Assembly (NCBI GenBank): GCA_002104905.1
Contig: MCFE01000337.1
Location: 1 to 64,000, forward strand
Reading direction: 5' to 3'
Length of the DNA: 64,000 bases
Origin: Basidiobolus meristosporus CBS 931.73
Lineage: Eukaryota; Fungi; Basidiobolomycota
In this document: positions 63,466 through 64,000 of the stretch, one piece after another
Layout: each line of letters begins with the position of its first letter
Numbering within the stretch: position 1 is the stretch's first letter
Notes under the pieces: model-generated
The model's database searches: none
What the model was told of the DNA's origin: nothing
Seen by the model: the letters and a program-made list of their open reading frames with translations, nothing else
Made by a program: the position numbers and the translations under genes

Positions 63466-64000
63466 ATGGCTAGGTTAATCACCCTTTTCATTGCAGTTGC
63501 TATTGTTCACCCAACCTTTGGTGCCGTTCTTCCTCGTGGAAACGAAGTTTATACACTTCCGATTCGTCGTTCATTTGCCCATGCGTCCAGTATATCGCGT
63601 AGAAGTGTGTATGCTAGAGCAGTAGGAAGCATCCCAGCTCAAAGTAATGTGGTCCATGTAACTACTTTTTTCATTCCACTATATCGTCGATTCTGAATAG
63701 TAATGAAGCATACCTATATATACACAGTATACCGCCTCCATTGGGATCGGAACTCCACCTACTTCCTATGATCTTCTGATCGATACCAATTCTGCCAATA
63801 CATGGGTAGGAGCACAGAAGGCCTACGTTCATACCAGCACCTCCACCCAGACTGCAGATTCGGTTTCCGTCACTTATGGAAGTGGTTCATTCTCGGGAAC
63901 CGAGTTCAGCGATACGGTGACGATTTCGCCTGGATTGGTGGTTCAATCTCAATCAATTGGGGTAGCTTCCTCATCTCAAGGGTTTACCGACTGCGACGGG
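63466..64000 (+). CDS. Secreted pepsin-family (A1) aspartic protease, polyporopepsin-like; truncated by the window end
   Basis: Signal peptide MARLITLFIAVAIVHPTFG and a propeptide, then one intron (~63,653-63,728). After it: YTASIGIGTPPTSYDLLIDTNSANTWVGA..., VTYGSGSFSGTEFSDTVT and QSIGVAS. Confidence 0.88.

Overview
This is eukaryotic, fungal-type genomic DNA in two halves. Short GT-AG introns with CTAAC branch points and the gene set (CHS7, ISN1, group X histidine kinase, polyporopepsin-like protease) suggest an early-diverging fungus. Basidiobolus or a relative is plausible, but that is inference only. (1) About 1-23,450 is an AT-rich, almost CpG-free stack of nested LTR retrotransposons. 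It holds a full-length but decayed Ty1/copia element (8,989-13,885; 349-bp LTRs; half-tRNA-iMet type PBS) inserted into the gag of a chromodomain-bearing Ty3/gypsy relic. It also holds a second copy of the same copia family, an antisense solo LTR, older relics, and a small TIR element (MITE) present twice. (2) About 24,400-64,000 is a CpG-rich, gene-dense block. In order: a hypothetical membrane protein, an isochorismatase-family protein, an HDA1-like class II HDAC, CAND1, two convergent CHS7 paralogs, ISN1, an IQM-like protein, a small Rcf-like membrane protein, a large STK-like/AAA/GAF/PAS hybrid histidine kinase, KRR1, SEC1 with a very long Pro-rich tail, two PTR2 copies with identical proteins flanking a bacterial-type GNAT acetyltransferase, and the start of a secreted aspartic protease. 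The best second-look candidates are the PTR2-GNAT-PTR2-protease locus (possible bacterial HGT), an HDAC with a zinc-ligand Asp-to-Asn change and a predicted 5-nt micro-exon, and the MITE with a resolvable empty site. All gene models were built by eye, so exon boundaries are approximate unless stated.
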